Sequence record: NC_022096.1
DNA: 64,000 nucleotides
Reading direction: 5' to 3' (one strand)
Each line of letters opens with the position of its first letter. Positions within the stretch are counted from its first letter, which is position 1. Positions 1 through 8,354 of this stretch are shown here, piece after piece. Position numbers and translations under genes: made by a program. The notes below the pieces were generated by a model. It searched no databases. It saw only the letters and a list, made by a program, of their open reading frames with translations, and was not told the origin of the DNA.

Positions 1-347
1 TTCGACGAATCGATAGGTGGAGCGCAATGCTCGTCGTCCAGCACCAGATAGTCTTCAGGATTGTCGTGCCTATCCAACCACGCAGCAATCTCGTTATGCC
101 TGCCGTCAATGTGGTCGCCAGTTGACCAGTCATCATGAAGCGTGCAGAGTATCCCGCGATCCTGCAGGTGCTTCTGCATACGTTCACGCGACTTGCCTTT
201 GCGGACTGTCGAACTCACCACCACTCGCACGCGTGGTAATGCGAACAATTGATTCAAGACCGCAACAGCGACCGGGTCCGAGACCATACCCGCTAAATCT
301 GAGCGCGGGTGGACGAACACTCCATCCTGATCGAGGAAGACTATCAT
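1..347 (-). CDS. HAD-superfamily (HAD_SAK_2-like) protein, 3' end runs off the window
   Basis: Own translation from ATG at 347: MIVFLDQDGVF...VVVSSTVR...RHNEIAAWLDRH..DYLVLDD, carrying the DxDG, SSxR and LDD HAD motifs; ATGA overlap with the upstream stop. Not in the ORF track. Confidence 0.75.
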   Translation of the reverse strand, partial: MIVFLDQDGVFVHPRSDLAGMVSDPVAVAVLNQLFALPRVRVVVSSTVRKGKSRERMQKHLQDRGILCTLHDDWSTGDHIDGRHNEIAAWLDRHDNPEDYLVLDDEHCAPPIDSS

Positions 348-787
348 CTACCTAGTGCCTTTGCCATGTTCGTGAGGACGGTTTTGAAGTCGCCCTCGTG
401 GGCGTAGTTGAAATACACTACGGAGTTTCGTTCCGCAATGAAGGAGACCTTCATCTTGGGCTTCGGAACTGCTCTCACTGGACGCGGCATCCACGGCGGC
501 GGCGTAATACGCATCACCGTGGACGTCGGCCAGACCTCGAACTGGAAGGTGTAGGTACACTCGTCCTTCTGCGGCGTTGCGAATCGGAACACTACCAGGA
601 GTGCAGGACTCTTCGCCTCGAGGGTGTCCACGACGACCGCAGGCTGCTGAATCAGCGAACCTTCGATCTGGACATCCTTGAACAAGGCGTGGGCCATGTT
701 GCGGAGCGCAATCTTTTCAAAGTCTCGAATAGACGACTTGACGACCACGTCCTGAACGACGGTGTTTATTGAACTAAGGGAATACAC
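344..787 (-). CDS. hypothetical protein
   Basis: 147-aa ORF in a tightly packed minus-strand run; SD-like GGAG upstream. Confidence 0.7.
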   Translation of the reverse strand: MYSLSSINTVVQDVVVKSSIRDFEKIALRNMAHALFKDVQIEGSLIQQPAVVVDTLEAKSPALLVVFRFATPQKDECTYTFQFEVWPTSTVMRITPPPWMPRPVRAVPKPKMKVSFIAERNSVVYFNYAHEGDFKTVLTNMAKALGR

Positions 788-808
788 GGTCTACTCCATG
801 CCGTTGTT

Positions 809-1240
809 TTACGGAGCAGGCTCTTCAGGAACCGGAATGAAGAACAGGACTACGTGACCTGCACTCGCTTCGAGCACCGTGATGGTAACCGTATTGGCTG
901 CCACCACGATTTCGTCCGGCGTGAACGCCTTGCCATCCGCATCATATACGCTCACGGAGACGTTTACATTATTGCGGTTGTGAGTGATGGTCCACGTGGT
1001 CGCCGGAGTTTCCTGAACGAACGAAACGGCATCTGCACCAGTACCGCCAGCACCAGCAGCGACACCTTGCAGCACGCCGTCCTTCATACCCAGGACTTGC
1101 CCTTCACCGAGCACCACACCTTGCAGTTGACGAGGGCCCGCACCGCGACGAACGATCACGGACTCCTCTTGCACGTCTGCTGCCATCCAAGGACGCTTGG
1201 GGAGTTCCAGCTGGATGAAGTCTTCGAATGGATTGGCCAT
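809..1240 (-). CDS. probable virion structural protein
   Basis: TWTITHN...VSVYD...PDEIV beta-rich motif typical of phage tail/baseplate proteins; TAATG coupling to the upstream structural gene. Confidence 0.6.
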   Translation of the reverse strand: MANPFEDFIQLELPKRPWMAADVQEESVIVRRGAGPRQLQGVVLGEGQVLGMKDGVLQGVAAGAGGTGADAVSFVQETPATTWTITHNRNNVNVSVSVYDADGKAFTPDEIVVAANTVTITVLEASAGHVVLFFIPVPEEPAP

Positions 1241-2865
1241 TACAGGGTCTCCTCAACAAGAACTTGCAGGGTACCCGAAGTGTTGGAGCCAGCGAACGCA
1301 GCATCATTGAGGAACAGATGCGTACCGTTCGCGTCAAACACACCGCCGGAGTTGACGATGGTGAACGCAGCGGCCACGTCGGTGGTGTCCGAACGACGGG
1401 TGAGGTCGGTGCCCTGGCCGTTGTAGCGAGCACGCACTTTGGTGAAGTCCACGACGCTGGTACCAATTGCCATGAAGCGGGCGAAGGCGTCGAAGGTGAT
1501 TGCACGCTCAACGAAGCCGCCGATGGTGAAGTTGCCGTTGGCTGGGCTTTCAGCATTGGCCAGGTTGGTCAGCGTAGCGTCAACGGCAGTCACGCCGCGA
1601 GCGTCGGAGTCACGGATGAGCACCTGACGCGAGTACACGCCACCAGCGAAGCTCCAGTTGCCGGAGAACTCGCCTGCGGCGAGGACAACGACCGGTTCGC
1701 TCGCCAGTTCTTGGTTGGGCTGAACGCGCAGAGTGTACGCATTGCCAGCTTCGGAAGAGCGCAGACGCGACGGGTTGCCGAGGATGCTGATGGTTGCAGT
1801 AGCTGCGGCTTCGGCAATCTTGATGATGCCTTGACGCGAGGCGACCGCACCGTTCGACGCCTTGGTGGCCGTGACGGTGTAGTTGTTGGTGACGAAGTAC
1901 GTACCGTTGTTGAGGGTGACGTCCTTGCTGACGGCGTACACTTCCGGATCGGTGATCGACGCATCCTGGCCAGCAGCCGAGAACGAGTACGACACGCTGT
2001 CGGCACCGGTGACGGTAGCGCTGACTTGCGCGGTATCGCCGATGGTCAGTGCAGCTTGACCGTTCGGGTAGTTCACCGAGATGGTGCTGATGGTCGGTAC
2101 GGCCTGGTTCAGAGTGATGCTGTTGTCGGAGACTTTGACGGCACCGTCGGTACCCAGAGCGTTCTGTGCGGTGAGCGATACCGCTTGCGAGCCAGTACGG
2201 TTCGCCACGACAAACGTGCCGCTGAAGGTCTTGAAGCCTGCGCCTGCGCTGTCATTCGCACCGAAGGTGGAAATGTTGCCGGAGGCAGCAGCACCCGAGT
2301 TGGCGACGGCGATAGACACGGCACCGTTGGCCACGACGCCGGTGATCGGCATAACGTCGCCTGCTTTGGCTTCGGTCTGGCTGCCCGGGTAGGCGCCGAT
2401 GGTCGCAGTGGAGATCACAGGACCTTCGGTAGCTACGGTCAGGGTCACCGTGTAGGTAGCACCAGTGTCGGACTCTACGGTGATGTCACCGCTCTCAGCC
2501 ATCACGATGTCTGCCGTACCCTGGAACAGATCGTTACCGCCAGCTACGGCAGTGAAGTTGGCGATGGCCGTGCCGTTCACAGTCACGTTGGGTGCCAGGA
2601 ACAACGCACCTTGAGCGAGTACAGTCACGCGGACGTTCTCGGTGTCGGATACGGCGCTGACCAGCAGCTTGTTGGCGGGAACCGTGGGTGCGTAGACTTT
2701 CTGGGCAACAATGCCAGAACCCGACGGTACGATGTCTGCAACGAACGCGGGCTTCACAGGCGCGCGAGCGTCGAGGTCTTGAAGACGCACACCGTGACTC
2801 GGGTCGCTAGGCGCCTTAGTCAAAGTGAGGTCACCAATGACCTTGGGATTGTGGATTTCAGGCAT
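1240..2865 (-). CDS. beta-rich Ig-like virion protein (fibre/decoration type)
   Basis: 541 aa, rich in T/A/V/G/S, repeated beta-strand patterns; preceded by a GTAATTT motif. Confidence 0.6.
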   Translation of the reverse strand: MPEIHNPKVIGDLTLTKAPSDPSHGVRLQDLDARAPVKPAFVADIVPSGSGIVAQKVYAPTVPANKLLVSAVSDTENVRVTVLAQGALFLAPNVTVNGTAIANFTAVAGGNDLFQGTADIVMAESGDITVESDTGATYTVTLTVATEGPVISTATIGAYPGSQTEAKAGDVMPITGVVANGAVSIAVANSGAAASGNISTFGANDSAGAGFKTFSGTFVVANRTGSQAVSLTAQNALGTDGAVKVSDNSITLNQAVPTISTISVNYPNGQAALTIGDTAQVSATVTGADSVSYSFSAAGQDASITDPEVYAVSKDVTLNNGTYFVTNNYTVTATKASNGAVASRQGIIKIAEAAATATISILGNPSRLRSSEAGNAYTLRVQPNQELASEPVVVLAAGEFSGNWSFAGGVYSRQVLIRDSDARGVTAVDATLTNLANAESPANGNFTIGGFVERAITFDAFARFMAIGTSVVDFTKVRARYNGQGTDLTRRSDTTDVAAAFTIVNSGGVFDANGTHLFLNDAAFAGSNTSGTLQVLVEETL

Positions 2866-2905
2866 GAAAAGCTCTCCTGTCGAGGTCGTAGTGGAATACT
2901 ACACC

Positions 2906-2917
2906 AGTAAATTACGA
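2906..2917 (-). promoter_or_regulatory. putative late promoter motif GTAATTTACT
   Basis: The same 10-mer occurs at 52293-52302 upstream of another probable virion gene. Confidence 0.5.
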
Positions 2918-2926
2918 CAGGTAAAA

Positions 2927-2955
2927 CAAAAAGACCCAGCCGAAGCCAGGTCTTT
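2927..2955 (-). terminator. intrinsic terminator
   Basis: AGACCTGGC-TTCG-GCTGGGTCT followed by a T run. Confidence 0.8.
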
Positions 2956-2960
2956 TGGTG

Positions 2961-3326
2961 TTAGCCTTTCAGCGTAACGACGATGCGGATGCCGGACTGC
3001 GTGAGCTCCGTCGGAACATCCGTCAGCAGCTTGTGCAGGCTTTCTTCGACTTCGGACATCTGATCAAACAGTCGTTGGCGCTCGATCTGGGTCGTTGCTC
3101 GTTCCAGGTCCTGCTTCAACCGAAGGTTCTTTTGCTCCAGATCACGCTGCTTGACATCGCGCTGCACGATGTAGTCACCCAGGAACTGCTTTGCTTCGGC
3201 ATGCGCCAGCAGCGCTTGGAGTTCCGGGCGAGTCAGGTGGATCGCTTTGACCGTGGAGCGGGAGTTCATGCAGCTTTGCAGCAACTGGCGAAACTCCTGG
3301 CTGATGTCATTGTAGACGATACGCAT
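2961..3326 (-). CDS. hypothetical coiled-coil protein
   Basis: 121-aa ORF with heptad-like LEQKNLRLKQDLE segment. Confidence 0.7.
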   Translation of the reverse strand: MRIVYNDISQEFRQLLQSCMNSRSTVKAIHLTRPELQALLAHAEAKQFLGDYIVQRDVKQRDLEQKNLRLKQDLERATTQIERQRLFDQMSEVEESLHKLLTDVPTELTQSGIRIVVTLKG

Positions 3327-3329
3327 TGG

Positions 3330-3512
3330 CTACCTCAGGTAAGTCGAAGGGTTTTCGGAGAGATACCGCGACTTCGGCTTACCGAGGAGCGGCTTGCGCT
3401 TGACGAACATGGAGTGGCGTTGTGCGTGTACCGTACCCAGAGGATCGGATTGCTTGACACCCCAAATCAAGTCGCCGGAAAGGAAACTACGAGAACTGAA
3501 CTCACTCGCCAT
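3330..3512 (-). CDS. small hypothetical protein
   Basis: GGAG SD upstream; fills the gap between neighbours. Confidence 0.55.
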   Translation of the reverse strand: MASEFSSRSFLSGDLIWGVKQSDPLGTVHAQRHSMFVKRKPLLGKPKSRYLSENPSTYLR

Positions 3513-3822
3513 GATTTTGCTCCCAGGTTAGGCCAACTTTATCAGCCTTCTGTGTGTACACGGAACCCATGCACACGTAATCGTCTTCCACCGTGTGCGA
3601 GGAGTCGTTCCAGATTTCCTCGATCTGGAATTGCTGCAGGTCTTTAACGATGCGCAATGCCAAACCGATATGCTGCTGTTCTGGCTGCATCGTGTCAAAC
3701 ACAGCAGCGCGAATCTGTTCGTCTGTCGCTGGCCACTTATCAATCTGCCACAGACTCAGGCCTTTGCCGAGTTCGTAGTAGGTCTTCTTCGTGTGGTTAA
3801 TCGCGTAGTAGAGCACACCCAT
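3502..3822 (-). CDS. hypothetical protein
   Basis: 106-aa ORF with GAGG SD. Confidence 0.7.
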   Translation of the reverse strand: MGVLYYAINHTKKTYYELGKGLSLWQIDKWPATDEQIRAAVFDTMQPEQQHIGLALRIVKDLQQFQIEEIWNDSSHTVEDDYVCMGSVYTQKADKVGLTWEQNHGE

Positions 3823-3831
3823 GATGACCTC

Positions 3832-4530
3832 TTAGTTGTGGCAGCCTCTGGCGCACTCGTCTCCAGTGAACACAGGTCTGCCCAAGCCTGTGCGCTGCTT
3901 TGGATCACGGGCATCACACCGAGCTATGTATCCGTGGATGGCGGCGTACACGTCCGTGAACGACTCGCCGTTCGGGATTCCATTGACTCCGTACCAGTAA
4001 ACGCAGTATTCACCGCGCTCGTAGCGAAGGAACACGTAGCCGTCGTCTTTGACGTGATCCATGCCCTTGGTAACAAGGCAATGCAGAACATCACGAATGT
4101 CGGGATCGTTGGATGTCCAGGGCGTTCGTGAGATAAAGGCGCGCGTCGCTTTACGCAGTTGCTCGCTCGTCGGAGGGATCGGGCGTACCCACTTCTTCCG
4201 CCGATAGTCATATCCAACGGCAGAGTAAAATTCCCAGATAGACGAATGCACGAACATTGGCAACTGGCGTCTCGGATTGACCTCTGGGGCATATACTCGA
4301 TCCCCGCCTTGCATATCGATTTCCCACTCACTCTCTGTACGAAGAGACACACGATAGCCTTGAATCCTACCGAGGAATGCCAGCTTGGCATTCCGCTCGC
4401 TGAATGCGTTGTAGCTGCCGATTGCCCGATAATGGCTTTGCTCAGGCGTGGGCTCCATGGTGAACTTGTGGACTTCTACTTCATCACCATGCAGCCAGAC
4501 GAGTGCGTAGTACCAACGTGGCTCTATCAT
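3832..4530 (-). CDS. hypothetical protein, paralogue of 4527..4928
   Basis: Contains HSSIWEFYSAVGYDYRRKKW. Confidence 0.7.
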   Translation of the reverse strand: MIEPRWYYALVWLHGDEVEVHKFTMEPTPEQSHYRAIGSYNAFSERNAKLAFLGRIQGYRVSLRTESEWEIDMQGGDRVYAPEVNPRRQLPMFVHSSIWEFYSAVGYDYRRKKWVRPIPPTSEQLRKATRAFISRTPWTSNDPDIRDVLHCLVTKGMDHVKDDGYVFLRYERGEYCVYWYGVNGIPNGESFTDVYAAIHGYIARCDARDPKQRTGLGRPVFTGDECARGCHN

Positions 4531-4928
4531 GGCTTGAAGTCCTCACCGTCTTTCAGGAAGCGCTTGCGTTTGATGTCGTAGCGAATGGCGTGGTAGAACT
4601 CAGCAAGGTTCGCGTGCTTGAACCGCGGCAGGTCTGCGAACATGAGCGGCAGCTCCATAGCGAACACTGCGTCGACCTCTGCCCAATTCGTGCGAACGCT
4701 CTTAAACGTCGCGGGCAACTGCCACCCATTGCCTGCCTTCTGCGACTTCGCCAACTGTGCAGAAAAGGCTCTGCGCATTCGCTGACGGAACGCACTGTAC
4801 GAGCGATAAGTGTTGTTGACACCATTGACTCGCCCAAACGGAGGCAGCTCAAAGAAATGGAGTTCCTTGTGCTTACCTCCTACGGAGACTATGGCGTAGA
4901 TGGTGTTCTCGGTGAACTGTTCTTCCAT
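4527..4928 (-). CDS. hypothetical protein, paralogue of 3832..4530
   Basis: Start MEEQF chosen from the AAGGAG SD; contains HANLAEFYHAIRYDIKRKRF. Confidence 0.7.
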   Translation of the reverse strand: MEEQFTENTIYAIVSVGGKHKELHFFELPPFGRVNGVNNTYRSYSAFRQRMRRAFSAQLAKSQKAGNGWQLPATFKSVRTNWAEVDAVFAMELPLMFADLPRFKHANLAEFYHAIRYDIKRKRFLKDGEDFKP

Positions 4929-4938
4929 GTTGGTCTCC

Positions 4939-5748
4939 TTAACCGTTGGTCTCGGAGCGCGCACATTCGATCCGATGAACTTGCGCAATTTTCTCGAAGC
5001 GGTTCTTGCCAACGACCAGCATATCGTTGCCGTTGATGACAGTCTTGCGGTTGCCCTCGACAAGCATCGTCTGGTCGCCAGTGACGTGGATGTGGCGGTT
5101 ACCAGCTTGTGCTGGACCGAGCAAACCAGTGAACTCGATTTCCTTGGCAGGCTTCGGCGACAGGCGGCTGAGCACCGTATCAGGTGCGTTCAGCAGATAG
5201 CCGGAAATCAAACCCTTGGTGTCGGAGACGACGAGCTGCTGGTTGCCGACGATGTACTGGTTAACGTCACCCAGGATCGTGATGTCCACGTCGCCTGGGT
5301 TGTTGAAGAAGATTTCGTTGGTCTTTGTATCGATGATGATGTACATGCCGTTGCTGAACTTCACAACGGCGCGGTCTGGGTAGTTCTTCTTGCGTTCAGG
5401 AAGAGCCACCTGCTCATCGACGGTGTACGGACCCCAGACACACCGATGCGGGTCAGCAGTTGGGAAGCGCAGACCTACCTTGTGCTTGTTCTTCGGTACC
5501 ATGAACGTACCGGCGCGATCCGTTGCATCGCCTCCCGGGTTGTATGCACCATCAGCGTGATGATACATAGGAACAGCCCAAGGCAGATGATCGTCAGGGA
5601 TGCCATCAAACACCCCGTCAATACGAGCCTGTATGCGACCGAGTTGTCGGGGATCGTTGTTATTAACCACATGTGCTTCATAGGTCATCTTTGGGTCAAG
5701 CCCCTGTTGGGACATGAACCGAGTAATGTTGAGTGGGCCACCAGCCAT
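4939..5748 (-). CDS. baseplate central spike, gp5/VgrG OB-fold type
   Basis: YEAHVVNNNDPRQLGRIQARI...LPWAVP is the gp5/Vgr OB-fold signature; C-terminal beta-helix-like repeats; no lysozyme domain visible. Confidence 0.8.
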   Translation of the reverse strand: MAGGPLNITRFMSQQGLDPKMTYEAHVVNNNDPRQLGRIQARIDGVFDGIPDDHLPWAVPMYHHADGAYNPGGDATDRAGTFMVPKNKHKVGLRFPTADPHRCVWGPYTVDEQVALPERKKNYPDRAVVKFSNGMYIIIDTKTNEIFFNNPGDVDITILGDVNQYIVGNQQLVVSDTKGLISGYLLNAPDTVLSRLSPKPAKEIEFTGLLGPAQAGNRHIHVTGDQTMLVEGNRKTVINGNDMLVVGKNRFEKIAQVHRIECARSETNG

Positions 5749-5960
5749 TATCGCACCATTTCGACAGTGGCGATCAAGTCGTCAATGTCGCCTTTAAGGA
5801 CGTACTCTTTCAGGTTGTTGAGCACGGCCTCATACAGCGTTTGGTCGGCACGGGCAGTCTCAACGAGTTTGGCAGTTGCCAGGGAGAACTGCCCTTCCTG
5901 TATCAGGTTCGACACTTGGCGGGTGAGTTCTAGTACGGCATTCGCAGATTCAGCAGTCAT
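5748..5960 (-). CDS. hypothetical protein
   Basis: Coupled by overlapping stop/start codons on both sides. Confidence 0.65.
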   Translation of the reverse strand: MTAESANAVLELTRQVSNLIQEGQFSLATAKLVETARADQTLYEAVLNNLKEYVLKGDIDDLIATVEMVR

Positions 5961-6592
5961 GATGCTTCCAATTCCATAGCGTCACAGGTGACAAAGGCTT
6001 TTCGCCGATGCCGGACGACGTTCACGATGCACACGTCGAAGCCGTGTGCCATGCCGATCGTGTGCAACACGCGCTCGAACGATGCTCTGATCGTTGGATG
6101 CGCCAGATTGTCTGGAGTGAACTTGGCGAGTTCGCCTGTACGAATCTTCGACCGATACACGCGGTCCAGTACGTCTTCGCCCGTATGGATGATCAACGGG
6201 TTTCGGCTGGACGGTAGTTGCAAGTAGTCGCTCATTGGCTCGGAGTTCGCAGGTGTAACAAACACGCTGCGCAAGCCCGGAAGGCGCACGTCAAAGTCTT
6301 CGTAGTTCTCGCTCACGGAACCCATATACAGGCGCAAGGCATGTTTCAGGATTCGTTTCTTGTTGTGCTTTCGTCGGCACGCCAAAAACATGACGGCCAG
6401 ATTCTCAGGCAACGCCAGGAAGGACACGTTCCTGGACTGCAAATAGTCCATGATGACCTTACGGCGATGCACCATGTCGTAAAAGATGGAAGCATAGACG
6501 TCGGTCGTGACGAATATCGGTACGACCAACACATCGGCCGCCTGGAAGAGGTCGGCCGGATTGATCGGCTCGTAAATGATCTTGACCTGCAT
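5957..6592 (-). CDS. hypothetical protein
   Basis: 211-aa ORF heading the spike operon. Confidence 0.7.
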   Translation of the reverse strand: MQVKIIYEPINPADLFQAADVLVVPIFVTTDVYASIFYDMVHRRKVIMDYLQSRNVSFLALPENLAVMFLACRRKHNKKRILKHALRLYMGSVSENYEDFDVRLPGLRSVFVTPANSEPMSDYLQLPSSRNPLIIHTGEDVLDRVYRSKIRTGELAKFTPDNLAHPTIRASFERVLHTIGMAHGFDVCIVNVVRHRRKAFVTCDAMELEAS

Positions 6593-6620
6593 AGTTCTTC
6601 TCCCACCGGTCCTACTGCGG

Positions 6621-6646
6621 AGAAATTACTTGCAGGTCAAGTAATT
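6621..6646 (-). promoter_or_regulatory. GTAATTT motif inside a 9-bp inverted repeat
   Basis: AATTACTTG-caggt-CAAGTAATT; the minus-strand GTAATTTCTCCG is identical to 62654-62665. Confidence 0.5.
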
Positions 6647-6984
6647 CACGGTGCAAAGTCGGCGATTACGTTCCAGATGATGCGCCCGCGTAAGTCCAGC
6701 GGCGCGGTTGCGTAGTTCCAATAGAAGCGGTCGGACGTCTCGTCTGATCGGCACTCCTCATCGCTCAACCCTTTGTAGGTGATGATGGCGATGTCACTGT
6801 TCATGTACTTCACGTACAGGCGGCGCTGCTCCTCAGTGAGCTTCGCTTCACACCGCGCGATCAGGTTGAGGTCATACGGCGTAGGCGATTCGGTTGGCGA
6901 CAGATCGTGCAGGACGTTCGCCAGAAGCCAAGCTACCTTCTCCTCTGTGGAATATTCGTGCCACTGTGTAACTGTCGAGGTCAT
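6646..6984 (-). CDS. hypothetical protein
   Basis: 112-aa ORF with GGAG SD. Confidence 0.65.
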   Translation of the reverse strand: MTSTVTQWHEYSTEEKVAWLLANVLHDLSPTESPTPYDLNLIARCEAKLTEEQRRLYVKYMNSDIAIITYKGLSDEECRSDETSDRFYWNYATAPLDLRGRIIWNVIADFAP

Positions 6985-7373
6985 TCTTCTGTCTCCCCGA
7001 TGTCGCCAGCCAGTACGGAGATGGCCTCTTTAAAGGCACCCCAGTCCATGAGACGTTGTGTGAATCGGCGAGCAACCTGCCCGACAGTAGCGTACACCAG
7101 CAAGGCGTCAAACTCGTTGGACACATGCGACAAGGGCGTGCGATGTTTGCCTTGTGAATCGCAGCGCACCATAGAAACTTCCATGGTGAACGCAGGCCCG
7201 TCTTCCACAAACGTCACACCCACTTTGAGGGTTTCGTTCGTGGTGTTGATCAGGAACGAACACTTGTGGCGAAGTTCATCCAGAGGGATTTTCGCCATGT
7301 CTTCGATGTGGAAGCTGTCCAACGCGGCACCCAGGGTGGTCACGTTAGTTTCTGTCTCGTTTGACTTCGGCAT
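6981..7373 (-). CDS. hypothetical protein
   Basis: 130-aa ORF with AGGAG SD. Confidence 0.7.
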   Translation of the reverse strand: MPKSNETETNVTTLGAALDSFHIEDMAKIPLDELRHKCSFLINTTNETLKVGVTFVEDGPAFTMEVSMVRCDSQGKHRTPLSHVSNEFDALLVYATVGQVARRFTQRLMDWGAFKEAISVLAGDIGETEE

Positions 7374-7896
7374 AGAAGTACAACTCCTCTTGTTTCACAT
7401 GTGCCATGCGATACTTGGTAATCGCAACGCCCGGTCCTTTCTCATCGTCACGGTGCTCCATGAGCAGCTTGCCGTGGATGTTCTTACCGTCACCGTTGCG
7501 GCCAGTACCAAAATAATCGTCCCAGGGCGCGTCTTCGATCAACTTGGCGTTGCCGGTTTCAGTCAACCAACGCTGGAGTAGCGGGTTCTGATGGAACTGA
7601 TAGCGGATCGCTTCGCGCATGATGTCCTTGCGCCGAGCATCGAAGCCTTCGACAATCGGACAGCCGGATTTGGCGCTGCCAAAGTATTTCGCACGGCTGC
7701 CTTCACTGGCGTTGATGATCAGGCTACGGAACGCCTTGTCCTTGGTCTTGTGTGCTTGGTAATAGTGTTCGCGCGAACGGAACAGCACCAGCTTCTTACC
7801 CAAGGGAGCAATGAAGGGTGCTTGGAAGAACGCGCTCAACCATGCGTATTCGTACACACGGCTGTTGAAGCGAATCTCTTTAACCTTCTTGGCCAT
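7345..7896 (-). CDS. NADAR (YbiA-like) family ADP-ribosylhydrolase
   Basis: WLSAFFQAP..FRSREHYYQAHK..MREAIRYQFHQNP.L..WL.ETGNAKLIEDAPWDDYFGTG..G.GKN..GKLLM matches the NADAR pattern; start MAKK from the AGGAG SD. Confidence 0.9.
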   Translation of the reverse strand: MAKKVKEIRFNSRVYEYAWLSAFFQAPFIAPLGKKLVLFRSREHYYQAHKTKDKAFRSLIINASEGSRAKYFGSAKSGCPIVEGFDARRKDIMREAIRYQFHQNPLLQRWLTETGNAKLIEDAPWDDYFGTGRNGDGKNIHGKLLMEHRDDEKGPGVAITKYRMAHVKQEELYFYAEVKRDRN

Positions 7897-8143
7897 CGAA
7901 CGGCTCCTCGTGCGCAACGGTGAGTTTGATTTGCACATGCTCCGCAGGCTTCAACACCTGAAGTTGCGTATTGGCTCCACGAAGTGCGCGTTCGCGGTTA
8001 AACGTGCCTCCGTTGCGGGTACAGCAGCCTTGGATAAAACCCACCAGCTTGGTTTGATCACCGCTCATTTCCGCATCTACGCGAAGGCGACGAATCTCTT
8101 CCAGATCGGCAGGAGTAACATAAACAACCATTGATTCGGACAT
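7880..8143 (-). CDS. hypothetical protein
   Basis: Start MSESM after a GGAGG SD; TGTAAA motif at 8166-8172. Confidence 0.65.
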   Translation of the reverse strand: MSESMVVYVTPADLEEIRRLRVDAEMSGDQTKLVGFIQGCCTRNGGTFNRERALRGANTQLQVLKPAEHVQIKLTVAHEEPFDGQEG

Positions 8144-8183
8144 GGGGAATCCTCCTTTGTGTAGTTTTACAGTTTCGGAGGCC

Positions 8184-8216
8184 AAAAAAAGGGCGACTAC
8201 CGTTAGGTAGCCACCC
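8184..8216 (-). terminator. intrinsic terminator after the portal operon
   Basis: GGGTGGCTACC-TAAC-GGTAGTCGCCC followed by T7. Confidence 0.85.
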
Positions 8217-8225
8217 AAGTCGTAA

Positions 8226-8335
8226 GTCCCTCTCAGGACGAGCAGGCACGATCGGACGCGAAAGGAGTAACGCTCGCCGCCTTTCCGAAGCTCGCAGCAA
8301 CACCGGAAGTGGCGATTAACCGATCGTGCCTGCTC
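8226..8335 (-). ncRNA. candidate structured RNA between portal stop and terminator
   Basis: Perfect 16-bp inverted repeat (8240-8255 / 8320-8335) enclosing further stems TCGCC/GGCGA, CTTCCG/CGGAAAG and GCG/CGC. Confidence 0.5.
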
Positions 8336-8354
8336 TTACTTCACGAAATTAGCA

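Noticed and set aside
1228-2910. Long plus-strand ORFs opposite real genes (also 8367-9425, 19218-20669, 26097-27677, 41956-43746, 43966-45648 and others)
   Set aside because: They are antisense shadows of strongly codon-biased GC-rich genes, with no SD or recognisable motifs.
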